From: an uncultured Pseudomonadota bacterium
GTDB taxonomy: Bacteria; Myxococcota_A; UBA796; SXON01
Assembly: GCA_903844155.1 (NCBI GenBank)
Contig: CAIMSU010000332.1
Location: forward strand, 3,856 to 67,855
Reading direction: 5' to 3'
Length of the DNA: 64,000 nt
Below are positions 9,096 through 17,518 of the stretch, piece by piece (the first letter of the stretch is position 1; each line of letters opens with the position of its first letter). The position numbers and the translations under genes were made by a program. Under the pieces are notes generated by a model that did not search any database, was not told the origin of the DNA, and saw nothing but the letters and a program-made list of their open reading frames with translations.

Positions 9096-10250
9096 CTATT
9101 CAACCCCGACGTAGTTGAGCATGATTCCAACCTGCTTCGGGGAGAGGTCCTGCTGGGGATCGCAGCTGGTGAACGTCGTGCAGATCGTGTAGGGGAACAT
9201 CAGGTTGGACCCCAGGTCCGCCTCACACGTGTTCTGGTTGGTGCAATCCTCCGTATCATCGAGGTAGTCCCAGTATTGCCAGCCGTCCTCGACCGGGTGG
9301 AACATGCCGAGGAAATGGCCCGTCTCGTGCGCCATCGTCTCGCCCATCATCTGGATCTCGCCGTCGCTGAAGTTGCCGTTTCCGCCGGCGTGACCCATCC
9401 AGGAGACCTCGACGGCCGTGATCTGCGTGGCCGCCATCGGCCCGGGGATCGCCGACGTCTCGCCGAGGATGGTCAGGTCTCCGGCGATGCTGTCTCCGAT
9501 CACCTCGATCAGCGGGTGATCGTCGTACTGCGCTGCGAGGTCCTGGTAGGCCTGCTCGCCGTCGGAGGTGTTCGGCAGGGCCGGGTCGAGCGCGATCTCC
9601 GCGTAGTCGACGGTCAATGTGATGCCGAACGCGGCCCAGATCTGCGTCCACGTCGCGACCGCGGCCTCAACACCCCGAACGACCTCGGGATCGCTGTCGA
9701 CGCCGGTGCAGTAGGCGACGATCACGTGCACAGCGCCGTGCGTCGGGTCGGCGTCCTTCCGGTAGGCGATGGTGATGTCCACGGGCTCGTTGGGCTTCTG
9801 GCTGTAGTTGGACTTCAACGTGTCCCCCACGAACGTCCAGGTGCCGCCCCGCGTCGGCCCGTCTTCCTCCCGGATCGGCCAGTTCGTGGTGTTCGCGTAC
9901 TTCGCCCCGTAAACGGCCTCCGTGTAGGAGTACTTGCTGGTCTGCCAGTCCTGCCAGTCCAGCACCTTCGTCCCGCTCGGGTCCGTGAGCGAGTCCGTGA
10001 AGACGACGCCGCCCTTGCCGTCGTCCTGCACGACCTGGAACCGCTCGCCATCCTGCACGTCGAGCGAGAGGGTGATGACGCCGCCGCTGTCCGAGACCAC
10101 GCTCTGGGTCTCGATCCGCAAGGGGTTCACAGCGGAATCCCCGTTGTTCTTGCCGTTGTTTCCAGTGTACGGGCACCCCGTCGTCGCGGACAGCGCGAGC
10201 AGCAGGACGGGGGCAAGGCAACTGGGCTGGCGGTGGAGGGGGCGGTTCAC
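9096..10250 (-). CDS. Metzincin-type zinc metalloprotease lipoprotein
   Basis: Lipobox LSATTGC. Extended zinc-binding motif HETGHFLGMFH (HExxHxxGxxH), as in metzincins and pappalysin-like M43 proteases. Confidence 0.8.
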   Translation of the reverse strand: MNRPLHRQPSCLAPVLLLALSATTGCPYTGNNGKNNGDSAVNPLRIETQSVVSDSGGVITLSLDVQDGERFQVVQDDGKGGVVFTDSLTDPSGTKVLDWQDWQTSKYSYTEAVYGAKYANTTNWPIREEDGPTRGGTWTFVGDTLKSNYSQKPNEPVDITIAYRKDADPTHGAVHVIVAYCTGVDSDPEVVRGVEAAVATWTQIWAAFGITLTVDYAEIALDPALPNTSDGEQAYQDLAAQYDDHPLIEVIGDSIAGDLTILGETSAIPGPMAATQITAVEVSWMGHAGGNGNFSDGEIQMMGETMAHETGHFLGMFHPVEDGWQYWDYLDDTEDCTNQNTCEADLGSNLMFPYTICTTFTSCDPQQDLSPKQVGIMLNYVGVE

Positions 10251-10291
10251 GACCCCACCTTATCCGCTGCGGGCAGGCGCCCTGTCGAAAA

Positions 10292-12382
10292 TCAGTCGAT
10301 GACCAGCACTTCGTCGCGGGAGACGGCGCGAAGCAAGGCCGCGAGCATGGCCTGCTTGCCCTCGTCCTCCTTGTAGACGTCCTTCAACTGGCCAATCAGG
10401 TCCTTCGCCCGACGGAAGGCGCCGACGAGGTCGCCGCTCATGTCCGTCTCCGAGTCGATGAACAGGAGGCAGTCGTTGAAGCTCCGACCCTCCGCCCACA
10501 TCGCCCCGAACGGGATCATCTCCGGGCACCAGGTCACCGGGAACCCGGTCATGCGCTCGGACTCGACGACGGGCTTGGACATGCGGATCTTGTTCGCGTC
10601 GCGCGCGGCGCCGAGCGCCTGGCCCTGCAGCCGCGCCCGCACGCGGACGTTCCGACCAAACTCCTTGTTGACCGCGCACAACAGCCCGAAAAGCGTCGGC
10701 CCCTCAAGGTCCTCGAGCATGCCGGACAGGATCAGCTCGGTGACGAAGATCTCCTCCATCTGGATGTGCGTCAGCACCTTGGCGCCGGCGTTGAACGCCA
10801 GATCCGGCTGGAGGTAGCCGATGTTCACGAGGAAGTGGATGCGCGATTCGAACTCCAACCACGAGCGGTTCTCGACGTCCTCCGCCCGACGTTCCAGCTT
10901 GTGGATGTCCTTCTCGTGCTGCTTGTGGGCGCCTTTTCGGACCTCCCCGAGCGCCTCCAACTGCACGCGCAGGCGCTCAGCGTCCTCACCCAGGCGCTTG
11001 GCCTCGGCCTGTCGGGCGAACGAGAGAAACGATCGTTCGACGATCTCGCGCACGCGCTCGAGCGGGTTGCGGGAGAGGAGGTTGACGACGGAGTTGAACG
11101 AGAGCGAGAAGCTCGACCGGACGGGCTCGGGCTGCCCTTGAAGCAGCCGGGGGAGGGCTTCTGAGAGGTCGTCCCACTCGCCGTGATCGACGCGGATGAC
11201 GACGTGGCCTTCGGTGTCCATCCCGCGCCGACCCGCGCGGCCGGCCTTCTGGAGGAACTCGCGCGTCGTGAGCGGGCGCATGGAGATGCCGTCGAACTTC
11301 TTGAGGCCGTCGAAGATGACGGTTCGAGCCGGCATGTTGATGCCGAGGGCGAAGGTGCTGGTGCAGTACAGCACCCGGACGAGGCGGCGCTCGTAGAGGT
11401 CCTCGACCAGCGCCTTGACCTGCACGTGGCAGCCAGCGTGATGCCAGGCCACGCCGGCGAGCAAGGCCCGGCGCAGATCATCGTCGATGAGCTGCGGGTT
11501 CTCCTTGTCGATGCGCTCAAGAATGGCGCGAACCGCGTTCACCTGCTCGGGCTCAAGGAGCGAGACGCCCTCGAGCCGCTCCGTGAGCGCGCGCCCGTTC
11601 TGCTCGGTCAGCTTGCGCGAGAAGACGAAGTACAAGCACGGGAGTCCGTTGGCTTCCCAGCAGGCGTGGACCACATCTGCGTGGCTCGTGGTCGGGCCCC
11701 GCGGCCGGCCTCGTCCGCCGCGTTCGGGCTTGCCACCCTGCTTCTTGAGCCAGCGCTGGTGCTCGGCGTCAAACGCCTTCGGCCGAAGCATGCCGGTGTC
11801 CCGCGAGTACACCCAGAAGTCCAGGGGGACCGTGCGTTTGTCCTGACGGATCACCACCATCGGCGTCTGCCGGACCTCGCTCATCCACTCGGCGAACTGG
11901 TTCGCGTTGGAGAGCGTGGCGGACAGCCCGAGGATCTGCACCGTCTTCGGCAAGTAGATCAACAGCTCTTCCCAGACCGTGCCGCGCTCGCGGTCGTCGA
12001 GGAAGTGGATCTCGTCGATGATGACGGCGTCGAGGTCCGCGAACTGGCCCGGCTCGTCGGACAGCAGCATGTTTCGCAGGATCTCCGTGGTCATCACGCG
12101 GCAGGCGGCGTCGCGGCGGATGACGAGGTCACCCGTCAGCAGGCCGACGGCGTCATCGCCATGCGCGCGGGTCCAGTCGCGAAACTTCTGGTTGGAGAGG
12201 GCTTTAATCGGCGCCGTGTAGATGACGGCGCGCTTTTTGGTGAGCGCGCGCTCAACCAACCAGTCGGCGATGATGGTCTTGCCGGTGCCAGTCGGCGCGC
12301 AGACGAGTACGGACTTGCCATCCTCCAGCGCGGCGATCGCATCGGCCTGGAAGGCGTCGAGCTCAAGATCGTGGAATTTCAT
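10292..12382 (-). CDS. Ski2/HelY-like DExH-box RNA helicase
   Basis: Walker A (APTGTGKT) and a DEIH box. Helicase C motifs (TSTFALGINMPA, QKAGRAGRRG). The C-terminal segment resembles a DSHCT domain (GDLVGAFRRAKDLIGQL...SRDEVLV). Confidence 0.9.
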   Translation of the reverse strand: MKFHDLELDAFQADAIAALEDGKSVLVCAPTGTGKTIIADWLVERALTKKRAVIYTAPIKALSNQKFRDWTRAHGDDAVGLLTGDLVIRRDAACRVMTTEILRNMLLSDEPGQFADLDAVIIDEIHFLDDRERGTVWEELLIYLPKTVQILGLSATLSNANQFAEWMSEVRQTPMVVIRQDKRTVPLDFWVYSRDTGMLRPKAFDAEHQRWLKKQGGKPERGGRGRPRGPTTSHADVVHACWEANGLPCLYFVFSRKLTEQNGRALTERLEGVSLLEPEQVNAVRAILERIDKENPQLIDDDLRRALLAGVAWHHAGCHVQVKALVEDLYERRLVRVLYCTSTFALGINMPARTVIFDGLKKFDGISMRPLTTREFLQKAGRAGRRGMDTEGHVVIRVDHGEWDDLSEALPRLLQGQPEPVRSSFSLSFNSVVNLLSRNPLERVREIVERSFLSFARQAEAKRLGEDAERLRVQLEALGEVRKGAHKQHEKDIHKLERRAEDVENRSWLEFESRIHFLVNIGYLQPDLAFNAGAKVLTHIQMEEIFVTELILSGMLEDLEGPTLFGLLCAVNKEFGRNVRVRARLQGQALGAARDANKIRMSKPVVESERMTGFPVTWCPEMIPFGAMWAEGRSFNDCLLFIDSETDMSGDLVGAFRRAKDLIGQLKDVYKEDEGKQAMLAALLRAVSRDEVLVID

Positions 12383-12457
12383 GTGGGGGGGCGGCTATCA
12401 AGGAAGTCGGCGGGAGGCTCCTTTTTGAGGCCGGAGGTGGGAGGAAGGCTGGAGCCA

Positions 12458-12628
12458 GGGGGGCGGGAGGCTGGAGGAGAGGAGATGCGAGGAGATGCGA
12501 ACATTTTACCGCCAAGCAACAACATCAAGACGCCGAGGTCGCCAGGAAGCAGAGGAAGGAAAGGCATTTCCTTGGCGGTTTCAGCCCTTCGTCTTCTCGC
12601 ACTGCCCTCCTCCCGCCTCCCGCCCCCC
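12458..12628. repeat. Composite intergenic repeat, copy A: 22-bp G-rich/C-rich inverted arms flanking a lower-GC structured core
   Basis: Arms 12458-12479 (ggggggcgggaggctggaggag) and 12607-12628 (ctcctcccgcctcccgcccccc) are reverse complements at 21 of 22 positions. A tandem 10-mer, ggagatgcga x2, lies at 12481-12500. An inner stem pairs accgccaag (12507-12515) with cttggcggt (12571-12579). The core matches copy B at 14862-14950 at roughly three quarters of positions by eye. Confidence 0.8.
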
Positions 12629-12640
12629 ACCTACGAGAAC

Positions 12641-12682
12641 CGACGACGTCACTTTTGATATGTATGCAAAGTGACGTCGTCG
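12641..12682. repeat. REP-like palindrome, copy 1 (CGACGACGTCACTTT / AAAGTGACGTCGTCG)
   Basis: Perfect 15-bp inverted repeat (12641-12655 and 12668-12682) around an AT-rich 12-nt loop. The same arms recur at 30563-30614. Confidence 0.85.
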
Positions 12683-12745
12683 ATTTTCGTATGTCCGGGG
12701 TGGGCGGCGGGCCGGTTATTCGCCGCGCGGCATTGGAGTGCGCGC

Positions 12746-14041
12746 TTGATCACCCGCTACAGTCGGCCCGACATGGTCGCGATCTGGACCCCTGAGCACC
12801 GCCTTTCTGTCATGCTGGAGGTGGAGCTGCTCGCGTGCGAGGCGATGGAGGCGAGGGGAGAGGTGCCCGCTGGGACGGCTGCTGTGTGTCGCGAGCGCGC
12901 GCGGTTTGAGATCGAGCGGGTGGACGAGCTCGAGAAGGTGCTCAAACACGACGTCATCGCGTTCCTGACGAACGTGGCCGAGCACGTTGGGGAGCCGGCG
13001 CGGCACCTGCACAAGGGGATGACATCGAGCGATGTGTTGGACACGGCGCTGGCGGTGCAACTCAAGCGCGCGGGAGAGCTCATCCGGATCGAGCTGACAC
13101 GGGCGATGGACGCGCTGGAGCGCCGCGCACGCGAGCACGTCGACACCATCTGCATCGGCCGGTCGCACGGTATCCACGCCGAGCCGGTGACGTTCGGGTG
13201 GAAGCTGTGTCTGTTGTGGGATGAGCTGCGACGCGGGCGGGAGCGGCTCGACCACGCGATCCTCGACATCAGCGTCGGGAAGATCAGCGGCGCGGTTGGC
13301 ACCTTCGCGCATGTCGACCCAAGCGTGGAGGCGTATGTGTGTGCGAAGCTGGGGCTGACACCCGCGCCGGCGTCGAACCAGGTCGTCCAGCGCGATCGCC
13401 ACGCGTTCTTCTTCAACGTGCTGGCGCTGATCGCTACGAGTGTCGAGAAGATTGCGGTTGAAATACGGCATCTACAGCGGACGGAGGTGTTGGAGGCCGA
13501 GGAGCCGTTCACGCCCGGCCAGAAGGGCTCATCCGCGATGCCGCACAAGCGGAACCCGATCCTCTCGGAGAATTTGACCGGTCTGGCGCGGGTGATGCGC
13601 GGGTACGCGTTCACCGCGATGGAGAACGTGCCGCTGTGGCACGAGCGGGACATCTCGCACTCCAGCGCGGAGCGGATCATCGCGCCAGATGCCACGGTGA
13701 CCCTGCACTTCATGCTCGGGAGGCTCGCGGGCCTGCTGGATGGGCTCGTCGTCTACCCAGAGCACATGGTGCGGAACATGGGGGCCTCGGGCGGGCTGTT
13801 CTACAGTCAGCGGGTGCTGCTTGCATTGGTCGAGTCCGGCCGCTCGCGGGAGGACGCCTACTCACTCGTCCAACGTAGTGCGATGCGGACATGGGCGGAG
13901 GGCATCCCGCTGCCCACCCTGCTGGCAGCGGATCCCGAGGTTGGCGGCGTGCTTGGTGCCGACGCCATCGCCGCGCTCTGTGACCCGGCCTGGTATGTCC
14001 GGCACGCGCGCGAGGTGCAGGCGCGGGTGTTCGAATCGTGA
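12746..14041 (+). CDS. purB: Adenylosuccinate lyase
   Basis: Begins LITRYSRPDMVAIWTPEHRL, the typical PurB N-terminus, from an in-frame TTG at 12746. Fumarate-lyase signature GSSAMPHKRNP. The ORF-track start at 12671 would run through the palindrome and is unlikely. Confidence 0.92.
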   Translation: MITRYSRPDMVAIWTPEHRLSVMLEVELLACEAMEARGEVPAGTAAVCRERARFEIERVDELEKVLKHDVIAFLTNVAEHVGEPARHLHKGMTSSDVLDTALAVQLKRAGELIRIELTRAMDALERRAREHVDTICIGRSHGIHAEPVTFGWKLCLLWDELRRGRERLDHAILDISVGKISGAVGTFAHVDPSVEAYVCAKLGLTPAPASNQVVQRDRHAFFFNVLALIATSVEKIAVEIRHLQRTEVLEAEEPFTPGQKGSSAMPHKRNPILSENLTGLARVMRGYAFTAMENVPLWHERDISHSSAERIIAPDATVTLHFMLGRLAGLLDGLVVYPEHMVRNMGASGGLFYSQRVLLALVESGRSREDAYSLVQRSAMRTWAEGIPLPTLLAADPEVGGVLGADAIAALCDPAWYVRHAREVQARVFES

Positions 14042-14703
14042 ATCGGCGATTGCTCATGATCATCGCGGCGATCGGGCTTTTCGTGGCGGGAGCGGCCACG
14101 GCAGAGCTCGTGTCTCAGATCGGGGACACGCGCGATTCTGCCGCTGCGATCCTGGAGCAACAGGCGAGGGGGGCCGCCGCGCTCAAGCAGGCGCACGCGC
14201 ACGAGCATCGCGGCACCCCGCTGCCACGCCCTGACCGGCCGACCCCCGCTCGGACATCGCGCGCCAGCCCCGTCTCCGCCCCGGTCAGCGATGGTCCGGC
14301 GCCCGGCGCAGCCCTCCCCGACGCCGCTCCCGCCTCCCCGTCGCCCGACCCCGTCGACCCCGTCGCCCCCGCGCCGCTTGCCGGAGACGCCCTCGTCGCC
14401 GCGCTGAACGAGGCCGAAGGCAGCGAATTGCTCCCCGCCGCCGGGCACTGCCTCCACGGCGCCGACCTCCCCGCCGCGTTCTCCGGCAGCCTCGCCGTCG
14501 ACCTGAACATCGACGCCACGGGCCTGACCGACGCCTCTGTCCGTGACGCCGGCACCAACACCATCGTCCTCCCTCAGGCCCTGCTGGACTGCCTCGCCGA
14601 CTCCGTCTGGGACGTGCCGTGGCCCGCTGCCAGCGACGGCGAGCACCAGGTCACCTACGCGCTTCAAGTGACCACGCGGAGCGGCCCATCGCCCGGTCCC
14701 TGA
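14038..14703 (+). CDS. Membrane-anchored Pro-rich protein with small C-terminal beta domain (weakly AgmX/PglI-C-terminal-like)
   Basis: The GTG start overlaps the purB stop (GTGA). N-terminal TM segment (LLMIIAAIGLFVAGAA), then a Pro/Ala-rich linker. The Cys-containing C-terminal segment ends ...WDVPWPAASDGEHQVTYALQV. Confidence 0.55.
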   Translation: MNRRLLMIIAAIGLFVAGAATAELVSQIGDTRDSAAAILEQQARGAAALKQAHAHEHRGTPLPRPDRPTPARTSRASPVSAPVSDGPAPGAALPDAAPASPSPDPVDPVAPAPLAGDALVAALNEAEGSELLPAAGHCLHGADLPAAFSGSLAVDLNIDATGLTDASVRDAGTNTIVLPQALLDCLADSVWDVPWPAASDGEHQVTYALQVTTRSGPSPGP

Positions 14704-14825
14704 CCTCCCGTGTGGCAATCCTCCTCCCGTAATTCGTATCAGCGCGTGGTGAAATGCACGCCGAGGATTGTGACCGTGTGCGATGCGGGCAGGTCGCTAC
14801 GGAGGGCGCAGCGGGCGAGGAGGAA

Positions 14826-14950
14826 GGCGGGGGAGGCGGGGGAGGCGGGGGAGGCGGGGGAGAAGATTTTGCCGCCAGGGAAGAACATCAGGCCGCCAAG
14901 CTCGCCAAGGAAGAGAAGAAGAACGGGCATTACCTTGGTGTCCCTGGCGC
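14826..14950. repeat. Composite intergenic repeat, copy B: tandem 9-mer (GGCGGGGGA x4) plus conserved lower-GC core
   Basis: 14826-14861 is four exact copies of GGCGGGGGA. The core 14862-14950 aligns with 12499-12585 of copy A. A stem pairs cgccaggga (14873-14881) with tccctggcg (14941-14949). Confidence 0.8.
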
Positions 14951-14967
14951 TGAACGTCGGAGTGTGG

Positions 14968-16251
14968 TCAGTAGAGGTACGGCACAATCCGCCACGGCAC
15001 CCGGCGCCGGTACTCGTCCCAGACAACACCGTATTTGGCGGCACAGCGCTTGTCGTCCCGCCCGGCGCGGTCGACGAGCAGGATCGTCAGGAACAACAGG
15101 TAGAACCAGGGGAGTGCGACGCCGAAGCCGCAAGGCAGGGTCCAGGCGAACGCGAGGAGGAGCTCGGGTGTGTAGTGGAAGTGCCGCGCCACGCCCCACC
15201 ATCCGCTCAAGAGGAGCAGGTTCTCGCGGCGCTGGCCGTCCCAGGTGACGTTGGGCGCGCGGACGGATTCAGCCGGTTTGCCCCAGATCTTCGCGGTCCC
15301 GTTGGAGCGTCGGAACGTCAACCGTTGCGCGTCCGCATCATAGTTGATCCACAAGGCAGCCAGCCCCAACGCCACGATCCCCGAAGCCGCCGCGTAGCCG
15401 GTCGCCGGCGCGTGCTCGACGAGGAACAGGTCGACGAGCGCGTACACGCTCGGGACCCAGGCCAGGACGCCCCAGCAGATGTAGTAGCCAAAGCGGTCGT
15501 GCATGATGTCGAGACTGCCGAAATAGCCGTCCTCCCACCAGAAGAACTTGTAGAGGTAGGCGACCTGCAGGGCGACGGAGGCGGCCATCGCTGGGCTGAC
15601 CGACCCCGTCAGCTCGGCCTGCTTCGCGGCAAAGCACAGGGCCGCGGCGCTCCATCCCATCATCGAAACACGGCAGTTGATCCACTGCTTCAGCGACACG
15701 CCGAGCAGGCGGGGGTGCAGCTCGACGCCCTGAAAGAAGTCAAAAAGGAGGTTGCCCGTGACGGTCACGTCCCGGCCAGACGGCGCCAGACGGCCCTTCG
15801 CGTAAAGGAGCAGGCAGACGACGAAGGCGGCGGGCGTGACCGTGGCGAGGATCGGACCCCAGAGGTCGTACAAACGGCCGATTTTGACGCCAGAGAACCA
15901 GGCGACGACGAGGCCGCCGTGGGTCACCCACCACGCCGCGATGCCGTTCAGGCGGTAGCGCGGACGATCGCCCGCCGGCGTGACGGGGCCGAGGTGCTCG
16001 GGGCCAGGCAGGAGGCGCAAGAGCAGGTACTGTGCGGCGATCCAGCCGATCATGACGGCGACGGCCTCTGCGCTCGGGACCGGCAGCTCCCGGGCGATGG
16101 ACGCGACGGAGGCGCTGTGGACGAGGTCGACGACCGAGCCACCGTGCCGGATCGTCACGACCCATACGAGCAGGCCGAGCGCGGGGGTGACGGCCATCAG
16201 CAGGAGCGGGCCGAGCGTCAGGCGGAGAAAGTCAGGCTTGGAGGGCGGCAT
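14968..16251 (-). CDS. ERG4/ERG24-family sterol reductase (C-7, C-14 or C-24(28) type)
   Basis: 427 aa and polytopic. The C-terminal signature LLLLSGWWGVARHFHYTPELL...LLVDRAGRDDKRCAAKYGVVWDEYRRRVPWRIVPYLY closely parallels the conserved C-terminus of DHCR7/TM7SF2/ERG24 enzymes. Confidence 0.88.
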   Translation of the reverse strand: MPPSKPDFLRLTLGPLLLMAVTPALGLLVWVVTIRHGGSVVDLVHSASVASIARELPVPSAEAVAVMIGWIAAQYLLLRLLPGPEHLGPVTPAGDRPRYRLNGIAAWWVTHGGLVVAWFSGVKIGRLYDLWGPILATVTPAAFVVCLLLYAKGRLAPSGRDVTVTGNLLFDFFQGVELHPRLLGVSLKQWINCRVSMMGWSAAALCFAAKQAELTGSVSPAMAASVALQVAYLYKFFWWEDGYFGSLDIMHDRFGYYICWGVLAWVPSVYALVDLFLVEHAPATGYAAASGIVALGLAALWINYDADAQRLTFRRSNGTAKIWGKPAESVRAPNVTWDGQRRENLLLLSGWWGVARHFHYTPELLLAFAWTLPCGFGVALPWFYLLFLTILLVDRAGRDDKRCAAKYGVVWDEYRRRVPWRIVPYLY

Positions 16252-16381
16252 CCGAGGCCGGATATCCTGTTGCAGGGGCGGGATTGCCTGGCGCGTGCGC
16301 CGCCGTGTGTGTGAGAGTTTCGGGATCCCGGGAAGAGCGGCCGAGGTCGTCTGTTAGAGGGAAGAACCGACCCGGACTCTG

Positions 16382-17518
16382 ATGTTCCTGACCACCCTCC
16401 TGGCCCTCGCCCCGCACGCGTTCGCCGTCAGCCCCAAGAAAGCGGCGAAAGCGGCGGACTTTGCCGATCAGGCGGACCGGGCCGAGCGCTCCGCCGATTT
16501 CGTGACCGCGGCAAAGCTGGCGAGCAAGGCCCTGAAGCTCGATCCCGACAACATGCGCGCCCACTTCGTGTTCGGCGAGACGCTCGTCGCGGTCGCCAGC
16601 GGGAGCGACTCGGAGACCAGTCGACAGCTCCTCGCCGGTGCCCTGTACGAGATGCAGCGGGTTGTGGAGCTTTCCCCGGATTCGTTTGAGGGCGCGGTCG
16701 CAGCCGGACTCCTCAAGCCCACCGCAGAGACGGGGCTGGTCCCCCAGCCGGACGTGCAATGCTCCCAGCCGGCCCAGGCAGAGTTCAACAAGGCGGAGGC
16801 TGCTTTTGCGCGCCACGACTACGTCGCCGCCAAGGCATCGTATGACACGGCGCTCCAGGCCTGCCCCACCAACCCCACCTGGTGGCTCGATTCGGGGGAC
16901 GCCTGGTTTTCGCAGAACGACTACGCCGGCGCCGAGACCCGCTACGACAAGGCGCTGGCGCTCGCACCATGTTTTGCGCCCGCGTACCGATTCAAGGCAG
17001 ACGCCGAGATCGGCAGCGGCGACGCCCCGGCCGGCTTCGTCGACGCCACCCGCGCCGTGGCTTGCGACCCGACCTACGACATCGGCTGGACCTACCTCCG
17101 GGGGCTCTGGTCGCAGGCGAACGGGCGCCTCGTCTGGAGTCGCCCAACGCGGATCTCGGCGGAGGCGGCGGCGAAGGGCACGGGCGAGGCGAAGGCGTGG
17201 GCGGCGTACTGGCAGGCGCGTTCGGAGCCCCTGCCGGATCCCCATGACGACGCCGCGGTCCTGGCGCGCGAGCGCAAGGCGGTGAGCGCTGGGGTGGACG
17301 TGTGGCGCACGCTCCTGCCGACCGAGCATGAGGCCAATCCGATGTGGGCGGAGCTCGCCGAGGCCCGCGACTCCAACGCCCTCGACCCCGCCATCTTCCT
17401 GTGGTTGTTGGACAAGGATCTCGCACCCGCCTTCGCAACCTGGCGAAACGAACACCTCCCCGAGACCGTCGCCTACATCAAGGACCACCTCGTCGACAAC
17501 GTGGACGGCCCCAAGTGA
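16382..17518 (+). CDS. Secreted TPR-repeat protein
   Basis: Signal peptide (MFLTTLLALAPHAFA). Several TPR-like units (e.g. AKASYDTALQACPTNPTWWLDSGDAWFSQNDYAGAETRYDKALALAP). Confidence 0.68.
   Translation: MFLTTLLALAPHAFAVSPKKAAKAADFADQADRAERSADFVTAAKLASKALKLDPDNMRAHFVFGETLVAVASGSDSETSRQLLAGALYEMQRVVELSPDSFEGAVAAGLLKPTAETGLVPQPDVQCSQPAQAEFNKAEAAFARHDYVAAKASYDTALQACPTNPTWWLDSGDAWFSQNDYAGAETRYDKALALAPCFAPAYRFKADAEIGSGDAPAGFVDATRAVACDPTYDIGWTYLRGLWSQANGRLVWSRPTRISAEAAAKGTGEAKAWAAYWQARSEPLPDPHDDAAVLARERKAVSAGVDVWRTLLPTEHEANPMWAELAEARDSNALDPAIFLWLLDKDLAPAFATWRNEHLPETVAYIKDHLVDNVDGPK

Noticed and set aside
12379-12630. 83-aa minus-strand ORF and its look-alike 14739..15044, sharing a similar hydrophobic peptide
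   Set aside because: The amino-acid similarity only mirrors the nucleotide repeat. Codon third positions are unusually AT-rich for this genome and the ORFs span tandem-repeat modules. I treated them as non-coding repeats, and note the micro-peptide possibility under findings.
14826-14861. Possible CRISPR-like array (GGCGGGGGA x4)
   Set aside because: The units are contiguous 9-mers with no spacers, which is far too short. This is a simple tandem repeat inside the composite element.
14710-16314. 534-aa plus-strand ORF
   Set aside because: It is antisense to the sterol reductase, which has a strong family signature, and it runs through the intergenic repeat. The composition is Arg/Gly/Asp-rich with no motifs.
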